A stretch of DNA of 64,000 nucleotides from Penicillus capitatus (Eukaryota; Plantae; Chlorophyta). A program made the translations under genes and the position numbers. This document shows positions 26,175 through 37,994 of the stretch, piece after piece. Location: positions 1,601,288 to 1,665,287 of the forward strand of contig OZ287695.1 of the NCBI GenBank assembly GCA_965649825.1. The letters are read 5' to 3'. Each line of letters opens with the position of its first letter. The first letter of the stretch is position 1. A model generated the notes under the pieces. That model was not told the origin of the DNA. It saw only the letters and a program-made list of their open reading frames with translations, and ran no database searches.

Positions 26175-26395
26175 CAAAAAATCCGCCGTCTAGAACGGAT
26201 CCGCTAGAGCTGACGAATAACGGGCGTTGTTCGTGTGCAGACGTTCGCTTTAGATGAAGGCGTATTTGTGAAAATGCATCATGCAACTTCAATGCGTTCG
26301 AATTGTGGTGGATAACGGTGTTCCTGCCTGTATGGTCAAGCCATAGCGCTGTTCAACACCATGACGGATGGTTGGCGTAAGATCTTTGACCCTTC

Positions 26396-27795
26396 TTAGT
26401 CCGAGAGCTTGAACTTCGCCCCCGTGAGCACTTTGATCTAAACGCAATACTAAGTGAGCAGAATCACATGACCTGTCTTTTCACCTTCTCGTAACACACA
26501 AACGCTAAAGAGATAGAAGGAACGACTTTCAGGTAGTTTGGCCACAACCCCTATACACATTCCATACGAATCCAGAGGCCGCGAGGCGGCAGCAGAGGTC
26601 TACTTTGAAGAGCGCTTTGAATCCTTCTTCTCTCACCGATCGCACGAAACAGTCGATCATTCCGTTGTATTTCACAGCTTGGCCGTGATCTGCATGCAAT
26701 TGCTTGACGCCTTGCCATCCAGAAACCTGAAGTCGTCGCCGAGCAACGTCAAAGGGATATGCCATTGTCTGTCCACAGGCGCCGGCAATGGCACCGCATC
26801 CCAGCATCTCGATCGTTGTCAGATCTCCATCGGAAGAATGGCCTGGAGCATCACACATGAGAGGAGGGAGGATTTGGTCGGCGATGGCGGCTGACCATGA
26901 TACATAGCCAAGTACGCTTTACTCGTTTCGTATACAGCAAAATTCAGACCGGCATAAGGAATGACCCCAATGACACTTGGCACCCATCCGCTATAAAAAG
27001 CAAAGAATCCTTCCTATAACCACAGTCCATGATGACAAATGTCTGTTGTATCGTCTGTTGTTTCGTACCCGTCGATAGATTTCCAGAGAGGCGTGCCAAA
27101 TGCCTTTGTACTCGACGCCTGCACCTTCCTGGACGGTTAGCCTTCCTCGAACCATGTCTAATGGATAGGTCGCTACGAATACAACACAAGTGAGATTTAT
27201 TCGGTAGCTACGATATACGCTCGACCTGTCATTGCTACGATCCCTGCGCATCCACCCGCTATAAGTCTGGTCACGGGCGTCATATTTCCATCGCCATATC
27301 GTTCTTTTCTATAGGCAGAGATGATCCTGAAAGCAATGGCATTCATTGGCATCTGTCTCACAGACGTCTCACTTCTCACTGTTTGAATTTCTCATATGCC
27401 AGAAATTTACAGGCTGAATTCGGAATAATTCGAATGCAATTGGTGCCGTTGCCTTTCATTAGACCTTTCACGCCATCCGTCTTGAACATCCGCACCAGTC
27501 CCTAAAGACGAGGATGTGTTTGTTCTTCGTGGTTGACTCGAAATCAGAAGAGTCGTTTGCGCACCTGCCATACGCCTGTGTAGACTTTCTCGTTTCCTTG
27601 AACCTGTAACACGATTTTGAGACGTTCCAGAGGCGCAACGGCCGTTCGAGAACTGAGACATGAACACAAAGGATCGGTTCGGATCTGGAAGAGCGTCGAG
27701 AGAATAACGTACATGCCACCAGCTGCACCTCCAGCAATGAGAGACTTTGCGAAATCGGCCCACGTCGTGGCGCCGTCGATGACAGCGGTGGACAT
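26396..27795 (-). CDS. Mitochondrial carrier, ADNT1-like adenine nucleotide transporter
   Basis: Three PxD/ExxK/R repeats (APLERLK, YPLDMVR, YPFDVAR), GNGTNCIRIIPNSAVKF, and the ending AKFKLSD. Confidence 0.88.
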
Positions 27796-28289
27796 CGCAG
27801 GAAGCCTCTCGCTTGGAATTGCGAAATGATCGTTAATGGTGCCCGATTCGAAAACGTATGCAGTCTCACGATGGACTGTCTCTTTCGGGCAAGGGATACT
27901 TGGATTGTGATCTCTACACATCCATGTGACAGATATCCGTAGCTGTTCACCATTGGAATCATCCTATCTCTCGTTGCAGAGTTCTGTAGATGAGCAAGGA
28001 AGAGCGAAGATCCACCGTCTTTCGTAGAAAACGCGAGGGCGTTTCTGATCAAGAGGCTTATCGATCATGTCTATAGTCTGTTGGACTATGTTTTACACGA
28101 GGACGCTTTTGGAGTCGAAGCTGAATTAAGGGCAGCATCCCTTCGACGACGAAGGTGGATGAGAATCAATGCACAAAAGTAGATAGAAGGTGTCGAAGGA
28201 GGCAAACGCAGCATCGATCTGTTTCTTTGCCGATCCATGCACTCATTGTTCCTGTTTAGCATTCGTCTACACAGCGTGTCCTTTTAGAA

Positions 28290-30317
28290 ATGTCGATCGA
28301 GACATCTTCATCGTCGCAATCTAACACGTTTCGCATCTGCTCGATGATGGCCGTCGCACCGAAGGCATCCGTCCGTGCGGCAGCCCATATCAAGAGCCGC
28401 GAAGAATACGATGAAATGTACGCCGCGTCCCTCAAAGATCCTGACGCATTCTGGTCCGACGCCGCCGAACAGTACTACTGGCACAAAAAGTGGACATTGC
28501 CTGTGTCTAAACATAACTTTGACACACGAGTGGGACGCGTCTTCGCGGAATGGTTTAAGGATGGCGAAACGAATCTTTGCTACAACGCCGTCGATCGGCA
28601 TGTTGAAGCCGGATGTGGTTCGCAGATTGCCTTCTACTGGGAAGGGAATGATCCCGGCGACGAACAACGCGTGACATACGAAGAAGTGTTGCAAGAAGTG
28701 TGTCGATTGGCGAACTATTTAAAGAGCATCGGTGTGGGTCGCGGAGACGATGTGACCATCTACCTACCGATGTTGGTCGCACTTCCAATTGCTATGCTCG
28801 CATGCGCACGCATCGGTGCTGTCCATTCCGTTGTCTTCGCAGGATTCTCAGCGAAATCATTGGCAAACAGAATTCTGGACAGCCGTCCGAAGGCCTTGAT
28901 CACAGCCACTGGTGTCAAACGCGGAGCAAAGTTTGTCGATCTTAAAACGATCGTCGATGAAGCAATCGTCATCTCAAAGAACGCGGAACACGATGTGCCA
29001 ACATGTTTAGTCTTCGACCATTCAGGAGCGGTGGATCGGGAGAAGGTGCCATTCCAGCCATCCAGAGACGTCTGGTGGCAAGATGTAATCCCACAACAGT
29101 CACATGAGTGTCCAGTGGAGTGGCTTGGCAGCGAGGACCCATCATTCAAGCTCTATACGAGTGGCTCAACTGGTAACCCGAAGGGCGTGCTGCATACGGT
29201 GGGTGGTTACATGATTGGAACGGGCATGACTTTCAAATATGTCTTTGACTATCACGAAGGTGATATTTACTGGTGCACAGCGGACTGTGGCTGGATCACA
29301 GGTCACTCGTACGTAACCTATGGCCCCATGCTCAACAGAGCAACGCAGATTATTTTCGAGGGCATTCCAACCTATCCCAATGCCAGTCGCTGTTGGGAAA
29401 TTGTTGATAAGTATGGTATTACTCAACTGTATACTGCCCCGACCGCTATTCGCTCTCTGATGTGCTGCGGCAATGATCCTGTGACAGCGACCTCACGCAA
29501 GTCACTCAAAATCCTCGGCACCGTGGGGGAACCCATCAATCCAGAAGCCTGGAAGTGGTATTACGAAGTTGTTGGCAACGGTCAATGCCCAATTGTCGAC
29601 ACCTGGTGGCAAACGGAGACGGGAGCACACATGATCACACCACTTCCTGGAGCAACCATCCTGAAACCAGGATCCGCCACATTGCCATTCTTCGGCGTGG
29701 AGCCAGTTGTTCTGTCAGACAAGGGCGTAGAGATCGACGGTGTGGGCTCTGGACTTCTCGCGATCAAGCGTCCCTGGCCAAGCATGTTTCGAACACTCTC
29801 TGGAGATCACAAGCGTTACGAAAACACATACTTTGGCATGTTTCGAGGATACTACCTCACAGGGGATGGCTGTCGGAGAGATGAGGATAACTACATATGG
29901 ATCACGGGTCGCGTTGATGATGTGATAAATGTCTCCGGTCACAGAATCGGCTCAGCTGAGATCGAAAGTGCTCTTGTCAGCCATCCGCTCTGCTCAGAAG
30001 CGGCCGTCGTGCCAGTGCACCATGATATTAAGGGACAAGGCATCTATGCTTTCGTGACGCTCATGGAGGGCTGCGATTATCCACCAGCGGATTCGCTGAA
30101 GAAGGAGTTGATTGCCCATGTGCGCAAAGAGGTCGGCCCCATTGCCACACTGGATGTCATCCACTGGGCGCCGGCACTTCCCAAAACGCGCTCAGGAAAG
30201 ATCATGAGAAGAATCTTGCGCAAAATAGCCTCGAAAGAAGAATCTCAACTGGGAGATGTTTCCACTCTTGCTGATACAACAGTGATCTCAACCCTGATTG
30301 CTTTCCGACAGGATTGA
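28290..30317 (+). CDS. ACS: Acetyl-CoA synthetase (AMP-forming), uninterrupted ORF
   Basis: YTSGSTGNPKG, DTWWQTETG, GRVDDVINVSGHR and LPKTRSGKIMRR. Confidence 0.96.
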   Translation: MSIETSSSSQSNTFRICSMMAVAPKASVRAAAHIKSREEYDEMYAASLKDPDAFWSDAAEQYYWHKKWTLPVSKHNFDTRVGRVFAEWFKDGETNLCYNAVDRHVEAGCGSQIAFYWEGNDPGDEQRVTYEEVLQEVCRLANYLKSIGVGRGDDVTIYLPMLVALPIAMLACARIGAVHSVVFAGFSAKSLANRILDSRPKALITATGVKRGAKFVDLKTIVDEAIVISKNAEHDVPTCLVFDHSGAVDREKVPFQPSRDVWWQDVIPQQSHECPVEWLGSEDPSFKLYTSGSTGNPKGVLHTVGGYMIGTGMTFKYVFDYHEGDIYWCTADCGWITGHSYVTYGPMLNRATQIIFEGIPTYPNASRCWEIVDKYGITQLYTAPTAIRSLMCCGNDPVTATSRKSLKILGTVGEPINPEAWKWYYEVVGNGQCPIVDTWWQTETGAHMITPLPGATILKPGSATLPFFGVEPVVLSDKGVEIDGVGSGLLAIKRPWPSMFRTLSGDHKRYENTYFGMFRGYYLTGDGCRRDEDNYIWITGRVDDVINVSGHRIGSAEIESALVSHPLCSEAAVVPVHHDIKGQGIYAFVTLMEGCDYPPADSLKKELIAHVRKEVGPIATLDVIHWAPALPKTRSGKIMRRILRKIASKEESQLGDVSTLADTTVISTLIAFRQD

Positions 30318-30478
30318 CATTCTGTCACTGGCATTCGATTTTGTTTAGCGCATACACGAACATTACAATTCTTCTCTCCGTGTCAAATCACAGCAATTGC
30401 CAAATCGTTATCCATGCTAACTACGTTAGATAGATGTCGACTGCACTTTCTCTACTGTCTCAAATAATGGACAGATGA

Positions 30479-31390
30479 TTAATAGAGGTAAGTTGGCTCT
30501 TCTGCTCTGGATGATTGCGTGCAGTGCTCGACTTCCAGCAACAGACCGTTCGTCGTGGCTAGTGCAACCGAAGAGGCCAAATGCCAAGCGGCGTGAATAA
30601 AGGGAAGTGTCGTTTGTTTATCTTCCAGACAGAAGAGACTTGTCCCTGTTAGAAAGGATGCATTGTGTTGCATTTGACAAACCCTTAAACGCCGTTCATT
30701 TGATCGGCTATACCGATAGAACTGCATCTGTTGCGTCATCAAATAGTCTCATATGAAAAACGAGTGTTTGGAAGCTCACCTCGGCAGCAAGAGCATTCAG
30801 TGAGGTGACCAGCAACGGCCGAAAAGGTATCATTCCACAGCACATACCCAACACCACATTTGACATTTCAGGGAACAGACATCTGGATAAACACGTGGCA
30901 GACACAGCACACGTCCAGTAATCGATCTTCCTGGCCAATGCCCTCCAGCGACCCTTCGAAGCATGGAACATTCCCGAAGCAGCACCCACACCTATCAGAC
31001 TCCCTCCATACAGCTTTCCAGCAGAGGTCCTCCTTTTTCTGGACAGAGAGGCTCTTCAGACAATTCGGGGAAAAACGATCGTCGACCGTATGGTGTGGAC
31101 GCCTACTGCCAGGAATGGAATCGACGTGAGGATGTTTGCTATCCGCTCCGTTCTGTTGTGGTCACACGTTCCGGGTCCCTGAGGCAGAGAGGAGCTCGAG
31201 ACTGCTGCGACGGCAGGAGGTTGACCTTGGGTCGTATGACATTGTTTACGGCAGTGGCGATGCCACTCCGACTGACAACGCCTTCCCAACGAAACATCCC
31301 ATTCGGAGGCTTGGCCTTGAGATGGACGAGTCCGTCCGACAGCCTCTCGGCTGCGCTCTTTTGTCTCAGTAAATCATCGATCGAGAACAT
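30479..31390 (-). CDS. Multi-pass membrane protein, CREST-superfamily-like, copy 2
   Basis: Same motifs and introns as 18260-19169. The C-terminal exon is diverged (HAAWHLASSVALATTNGLLLEVE). Confidence 0.7.
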
Positions 31391-31445
31391 CAGAGACAAG
31401 TCGGCGATGACACGAACTGCCAACAAATCGATCCATTCAGCCGCG
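30479..31445. repeat. Donor segment 1 of the inverted duplication (matches 18208-19169)
   Basis: Direct reverse-complement comparison. Confidence 0.92.
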
Positions 31446-32127
31446 GTGACCAGCGCAAATGCGTACCCGCATTCGATAATGCAAAATCGCTAACTTTTCG
31501 TGGCTAACCATTCACAAAGTATGTGTTGGTACAGAGAGGTCTACGTAACCAGGTATTCCCGATATTCCCTGCATAACCAATTACGGAGAGTTTGTCGATA
31601 GTTCGTTGACAGCAAATTGCAAATAATAACCGCAATGGCTAGTGGTCTGTAGCCCGAGTTTTGTATCTCAGTCTTAGAGACAGTCGCCAAGAATGTCGAT
31701 GCTGTTCTCAGGCAGATCGTATTTTCTGTTGTCTGGAACAGAATCTTGTGAAACACATTTTCTTTGTCGGTTTCAAATGTGGATCTTCAGTGGAATGATG
31801 TTGCCGGTCTCTTATTGACCAGCCTCCTACGGAATGCCGTCAGGCATGGGCGTAGGGCAAGATCGTCGTTGTTTCTGTATAGTACCCGGAATCGTATCTA
31901 TTCTGGTATGCGTCGGCGGCGACCGTCTCGCACCGACTGATTGCGAACGTCTATCGCCCGTTCTCTCTGTCGATAAATGCTCTTTGTATTTGACAAGACG
32001 GCAGTCACTGGCTTTTTGTCGGCGACTTAATCCGAAACGCTCCGTGACGTCGTCGGCGCGCGATCTTTTCTTTGACCATTTGACTTGGCGTCTTCATCAC
32101 CTTGTCCCTTCTGCACCGGCATCAGCA

Positions 32128-34025
32128 ATGGCTTCGACTGATGGCGCGCGCATCAACAAAGATTCCATCGCGCATACGTTACAGTCTCTGAATCTGACGC
32201 GCGAGGCAGTCGATTCATCCTCGAATGCGGCGTATGATGCATTTGGATTCCAATAGGAGGCCACAAAGATGGAGAAAGCATTCAAGGACCCCGAATTTCT
32301 CAAGCTCTTCGAGCAATACGCCGCCGACATTTCCAGTCCGGAGGTTTACCAGAGATCTCGTGCACCGAAATGCTTCCCGTCCTGCAGGCCTTACTGGAGC
32401 AAGATGCGTATCTGAGGCAGATCGAAGCCGATGGGACGGCCGAAGACGTTTACGGGAAAGGTCCTCGACACGACGACGCTGCGTTCGAACGGCTAACGGA
32501 GAAGTATCGTTTAGACGTGGAGCTGATTGTGCCGGAGCCGCATTTCGCAGTCGAGAGTCAAGCCACCGAGGGGAGAAAAATATTCATCAACGTCTGCTCG
32601 TGCCCTAAGGTGATATGAAGGACTGAGAGGGGGAGGTAGAGAAAAAGCGGTGCTCCAGGTGCGGCCTGCCTCTCCCTCACGGCCGTCCCCTCGAAGGGAT
32701 GTGCGTTTGGGCACCACGTGGAATATTCCATTCGTTTTGGGAAAGCTATACGAGTGCGCAGACACTGGAGGGTGAGGTTACTCCTCCGTCGGTCCCCCCT
32801 CAGAACCAGTGGGTTTAGAATTTCGAGCAAGGTCGTTGACTTTGTTGTACACGAGAAAACAATACATATGGCAAATGCCTCTGCTCCGTTCTGGTCTGCC
32901 TTGATCGATACTGTAGGGACAGGAGAGATGGGTGCGTTCTTAACACATATTCTTTGCAGGCGTTGGATCAGTTAGAGGGTGTACACAATGTGCGTTTCGA
33001 GAAGAAACCCCAACGACGCCTTCGGTGCAAATACAAAGCAAGGAGTGACGGTGCAAGGTCTGTTCAGCATCTGTGTGCATCGCTTTAGATGCTTTCTGGC
33101 TGTTTACTAGGCCTTCGGTCGTGTACGTGAACAGGCAGTGCCTCACTGCGACGGATCCCCACGAAACGTGCGCTGAAACCAGCGACCACTCCGAAAAGAA
33201 TAGCGTACTCGCGATCGACGTGTGACGCTGTTAAACGAAGTCTGTGCGATGCAGACGAGGCTACTGCCGTATCGCCTTTCGTATGTGTACGACGCGGATA
33301 TCACTGCTGCGTGGAAAGACATGGGGAGAAACCTGCATGTCTCAGACGCTCGCATTCCAAAGGCATGTGTATTTCGTCTGCCGAATCCCTCTGGAAGAAC
33401 GACTCTGTACTCGAAGGCGATAAAGATCAAAGTTCAGATCGAAAGTGTAACCTCCCAGGAAGAGATCAAACTGCAGATCGACTCGAAGACCGCAAGAGTG
33501 CATGTCTCCCACGAGGGTGACCTGAACGTCGAGTTACCCTTTGAGGTCGAAGAGAGAAAAGGCCACGCTCGATTCTTGACGGAGAAGAAAGAACTTGAAA
33601 TCACACTTCCCGTCAGGGCCAATCAATCCGGACTGCTCTCTCCGTCCCAATCCAGAGATCTTCCTGCAGCGGCAGACGGGTCCCGAGACAGCGTCTCTTT
33701 GCCAAGCGAGACGTGTCACGATCACAATGAGGATACCATTTCTGAAGAATCGAGTGCTTTGAGACCAGAGCACGTCACAAAGGGAGACCGTTCGGTATAC
33801 TGCACGGAAAACAAAAAAGATCGCCGACAGACGGCAAATGAAATCCAATGGACAAGGATCCACGCTCAACGGGGCGAAGGTATCGCCGAGTGTCGTTTGT
33901 ATCCGGTGCCCTCGATTTCACTAACAGATACTTCAACAGATGGTTCTCAAGTACAAACAGCCGATGGTGATGCAGTTTTCAAAGAACCGACGATGCGATT
34001 GGACAACATCATGACCATCGACTAA
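32128..34025 (+). CDS. DNAAF2: Kintoun/PF13/DNAAF2-like PIH1-domain axonemal dynein assembly factor
   Basis: LNLTRE|EATKMEKAFKDPEFLKLFEQYAADISSPE, IVPEPHFAVES..KIFINVCS, GTTWNIPFVLG, and a CS-like domain (LNVELPFEVEERKGHARF). Confidence 0.78.
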
Positions 34026-34067
34026 ATAAAGAATGCTCAATTGCTTCGTATCTCTTCTCGGACAGTT

Positions 34068-35020
34068 CTACAATTCCCATCCACGTTTCCTGAGTTCTGT
34101 TACGAGGGAAGAGACGCCTTTGAAGTGGATTCCATCGATTCCAAGCTGTTTAGCAGCAGCAATGTTGTTCTCTCTGTCGTCGATGAGCAACAAATCGGAA
34201 GGATCGCATCCGAGCGTTTCCAGCACCACTTCGTACGCCCTTGTTTCAGGTTTTCTGACTCCCTAGAAGCGTCACAGCGTACTACAGCGATCGATGTGGC
34301 GACAAGAGCAGACCTTCATGGGACCACAGCACGAAACAAAAGACCATTGGAGATAGCGACCGAGACTCAGCTTCGACTCGATGAATCTGTTCGACAACGT
34401 TATGTTCCTTACTTGTTGGAGGTGTTGTGTTTACCTGTACCAGTTGGAGTAGTTTGAAAAGGCATGCATCTCGATATCCATAGAATGCAGTTTCATGAGC
34501 AGGTTTTCCATTCCCTCGACGAAAACGTAGTGGTGTTTCTGCGCACGGCGTCAATCCTCATGCCTTCTGGAGGGGCATAGGGCGGAGCACTACCATCATG
34601 TTCACAAAAGCAAGGTGGTCGAACGGACGGCCATCTGTAAAGAAGTTCTGAAGAAAAGCCGCTTCGTCTACTTGTCCTCTCTCGAAAGAGAGCCACATCT
34701 CCGGATGTTTAACCTCGCAGAGCTCAGAGAAAGACAAATTGAAGAATTCGGGCACTCGGTGATAGAATGGATCACACACAATGGTGTCCTGAAGGCATAA
34801 AAATTCTGTTTGAGAGACCCGAATGACTTATCACCATGATATCCATGAGAAGGATGGGTCCAGTACTACCGGAGCGAGACGCTGCAGGGTATTGTGCAGG
34901 AGACATCGTGCTGGGCGTTCTGATTTGACAGACGTTGGTCAAAACAGTGTTGCCTACGCGTTCTCTGCCGTCGAGGCGAATCTGAGCCCTGCATGTGAAA
35001 GGGGTCAGTGCGTGCTGCAT
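34068..35020 (-). CDS. FHY1: Flavin mononucleotide hydrolase 1-like HAD hydrolase, chloroplastic
   Basis: PILLMDIM|DTIVCDPFY, KHPEMWLSFERG, HAFSNY, RKPE and LIDDRENN. Confidence 0.85.
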
Positions 35021-35081
35021 CGCGGATGATAAAGACGACTTTCGCGTAGATCTTGTCCATTTCAACAGATTTCTAGACAGA

Positions 35082-36044
35082 ATGCGTTCGACGACGAAGG
35101 AGATTCGCAACGCCGTCGAACTTCGGCCGAGCGCCGAAATCAGATCGCCCTGCGCCGAGCGACAGGTTCGCGTCCGTCTTCGGATCAGATCCCGAGCGAC
35201 GACTCGCCATCACTGCTTCGACAGGGTGTCCGTCCCGTTCACAAATCTGCCCCGAAGACGGATGGCTTTCTCTCGAGAAGAGCACTGATCGGCGGAACCG
35301 CTCTGTCCGTCGCGCCGTTCCTGCAGTCCGGGTGAGAAGTTTCTCGTCGGCGCTGCCCTTAACACTGTCTGTCTCTGTTCAGCGAGGGACTGGCGGATTC
35401 GATGCCCACCACGCCGATCTGCGACGAAGACTGTGCTGCCCGACTGGACAGCATCGAGACGGTGACCACATCCTCCGGACTGCAATTCAAGGATCTGGTC
35501 GTCGGCAGAGGGCCAAAACCGCCGACGGGATTCCTGGCGAGGCATCCAACGCGATGAGGATTCCGTCGAGGCAGTCGGTCGTTCGTCGCAGGTGGTCGCG
35601 CACGTGGTCACACTGACTCGGGATGGACAGCAGGTCGACAGCAGCAAGGAGCGCAACGTGCCCTACGACATCAGGCGAGTTCGCAGTCTCCATCCTTCAG
35701 CCGACGACCGAGCGGCCCGTCCAGGGTGGGAGGTGGGCAGGTCCTGGCGGGACTGGAGGAGGGTCTGTCCACGATGAGGGTCGGCAGCACGCGTCGTCTC
35801 TACGTTCCCGGCAGCCTCGGGTTCACGAAGGACCTGAAGGCGGCGCCCGGAAGGTGATTAGCATCCAGCAGACAGACAGACAGGCGTGGACTGGTTGCAG
35901 ACCGAGGGTCGAGGCGAACACTCCACTCGTCATCGACGTCCAACTGCTCTACATTCCAGGTCAGCGTGGATCGGAGGCGACGACGACCTCGAGTCTCGTT
36001 TCTCCGCGACAGGACTGGACACGGAAGACGAGGAACAAGAGTGA
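35082..36044 (+). CDS. FKBP16-3: Thylakoid-lumen FKBP peptidyl-prolyl isomerase (FKBP16-3 type)
   Basis: Spliced SRRALIGG Tat signal; TSSGLQFKDLVVGRGP; PYDIR|VGGGQVLAGLEEGL; RRLYVPG; APGR|PRVEANTPLVIDVQLLYIP|GLDTEDEEQE. Confidence 0.85.
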
Positions 36045-36312
36045 GAACGAAGACGGCGGTTGTGCGGCGAGTCTTTTTGCCACAAACTGTTTTGTAAACA
36101 AGTCGTGTCACAGAAACGGGACTTATTGGTCTTGACTCCGGTCTTGAGACGACAGATGCCCCCTTCCTCGCACCGTCGCAGAAATCAACGCAGACTTGCT
36201 CGCAGAGACCAAGAACAGTCAGAAAGAAGAAAGCGCCCCCGCCCAGAAAGAACGAATCGCATCAAATAAGGTATTCCGTGCAAAGAAGTCGAGAAAGCTG
36301 AAGCAGCGATGA

Positions 36313-37994
36313 TCAGGGATGGCTGTCGGGCTCTCTGTCCATTATCGACTGGAGGGAGAAACCGAAGCGGAGGAAGTCGTCCCTGTAGTACTGGAAGACT
36401 TTGTTCGCCAGCTCAGTTGTGTACTGCTCCCACAGGTTGTCCTCCGAGTGGTGCTGGACTTCTTCGTAGGACTTCGCACCGAATGCCTGGGAGCCGTCTT
36501 TTCCCCAGCCAGTCGACACGTAGTCGTCCCAGATGTCTACGGATTTGGCGAACTCCTCAAAGTCAGGACCGAGATCGTCAAGATGCCCGACGAAGTCCAT
36601 GGAGTGGTGCTGCAGGCCACAGTGGTTTGATTGGATGTTGAAATGGATGTCGTCGACGTTGTAGGGATCCGGGTATTTCTCGAACAGAAAGTCGACAAAC
36701 TGCGGAAAGCTTGGAACTCCATACTCCGCGACGTAGGCTGAAAGATCCTCTATTCGCCAGTACTCAGAACGCGCTACTATCTTGTCCAAGTAGCCAGAGA
36801 GCAATCTGGCTATGGGGTGCCTGACGATGACAGCATTTATAACATGCGGGTCGTCGTAGATCCTCTGGAGTCAAAAGGGAACGTAAGGACTCGGCAGAGC
36901 AAACAGTGGAACTCGCCTTCGTCCGCTGGAAGTCTTCTTTGTTTCCGACATAGATCACCCCATTCTTCGACGGATTGTGAGGCAGGCCACCGTTCGTCGA
37001 ATTCCAGTCTTCCCTGTGCATGAGTCGACGGACCAACATCGTCGTCATGGTGCTGCCGCATTTTGGGATGTGACACATGAGCAGGTTTTGCCTAAACAGA
37101 CACAGCACGGCAGATGTCTCCCGTTCCGACAGACGCGGCGTTTGGATACTCTTCCAACCACATCCCGCCCGCCGACTTGTTCGTGGTGTGCTCTCCGAAG
37201 TAGCTCGCCGCGCGTTCCCCGTCGTAGCAGATCCATCGGTTCGAGCGATGGATCATGACGCTGGCCAGGTGCACGAGTTCGTCCGACAGTCGGCCCAAGT
37301 CTGCAAGTTTCCCCGCGTCGATCCTGATCAGCCTCAGCGGACAGGGCCACTTGAGTCGGTGGACGTCGATGTCCACCCCGGCGAAGATGACGCGCGTTCC
37401 CATGTCCTTCGAGACGATCGGGGCGAACTCCTCGGCGAACCTCTGGCAGTAGTGCGTCAGGCAGACGAGGAGGAAGTCGGATCCCCTGAACCGGATGTGC
37501 TCCCGCGAAGTCCTGATCCCGGCGGCGATCTCGTCGACCACGTGTCCGTAGACGACCTCGTCGACGTTGCGCAGCCAGACCAGAGGATCCAGCTGGACGA
37601 CGTGGAGACGGGCCCCCGAGCCGGCGAACGTCGCCCGCTGGCTGAGCGCTCGCATGAACTGCTCGTAGAGCAGACAGCCTTCAGAGTCTTGCGAGCAGAC
37701 GCGGGAGACGGCGTCCGTCAGACGCGGGAACTGGACCACGCGGAACGGCGCGGGAGGCACAGGGTCCCCGACCGCGAAGGAATCTGATATGGCAGCTGCC
37801 GCGGAGGAGCGGACGAGGGGTCTCGGCATCGCGGTGTCTGCCCGGTGTTGGAAGCCCTCGAAGGGATACGACTGGCCCTGCCAGCGCGCGGTTTGAAACT
37901 GAATGGGGCCCTCCAGCACTCCGAACCACGAGGACAGCAGGAGAACGGACACCGCGAAGAAGGCAGCGGCGATGACCCTGTGGTTTCTCTGCAT
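36313..37994 (-). CDS. Type II membrane carbohydrate sulfotransferase (Sulfotransfer_2-like), intact copy, 3 exons
   Basis: TM anchor VIAAAFFAVSVLLLSSWFGVL; WLEE|QNLLMCHIPKCGST; VRHPIARLLSGYLDK; HFNIQSNHC; YYRDDFLRFGF. Confidence 0.82.
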
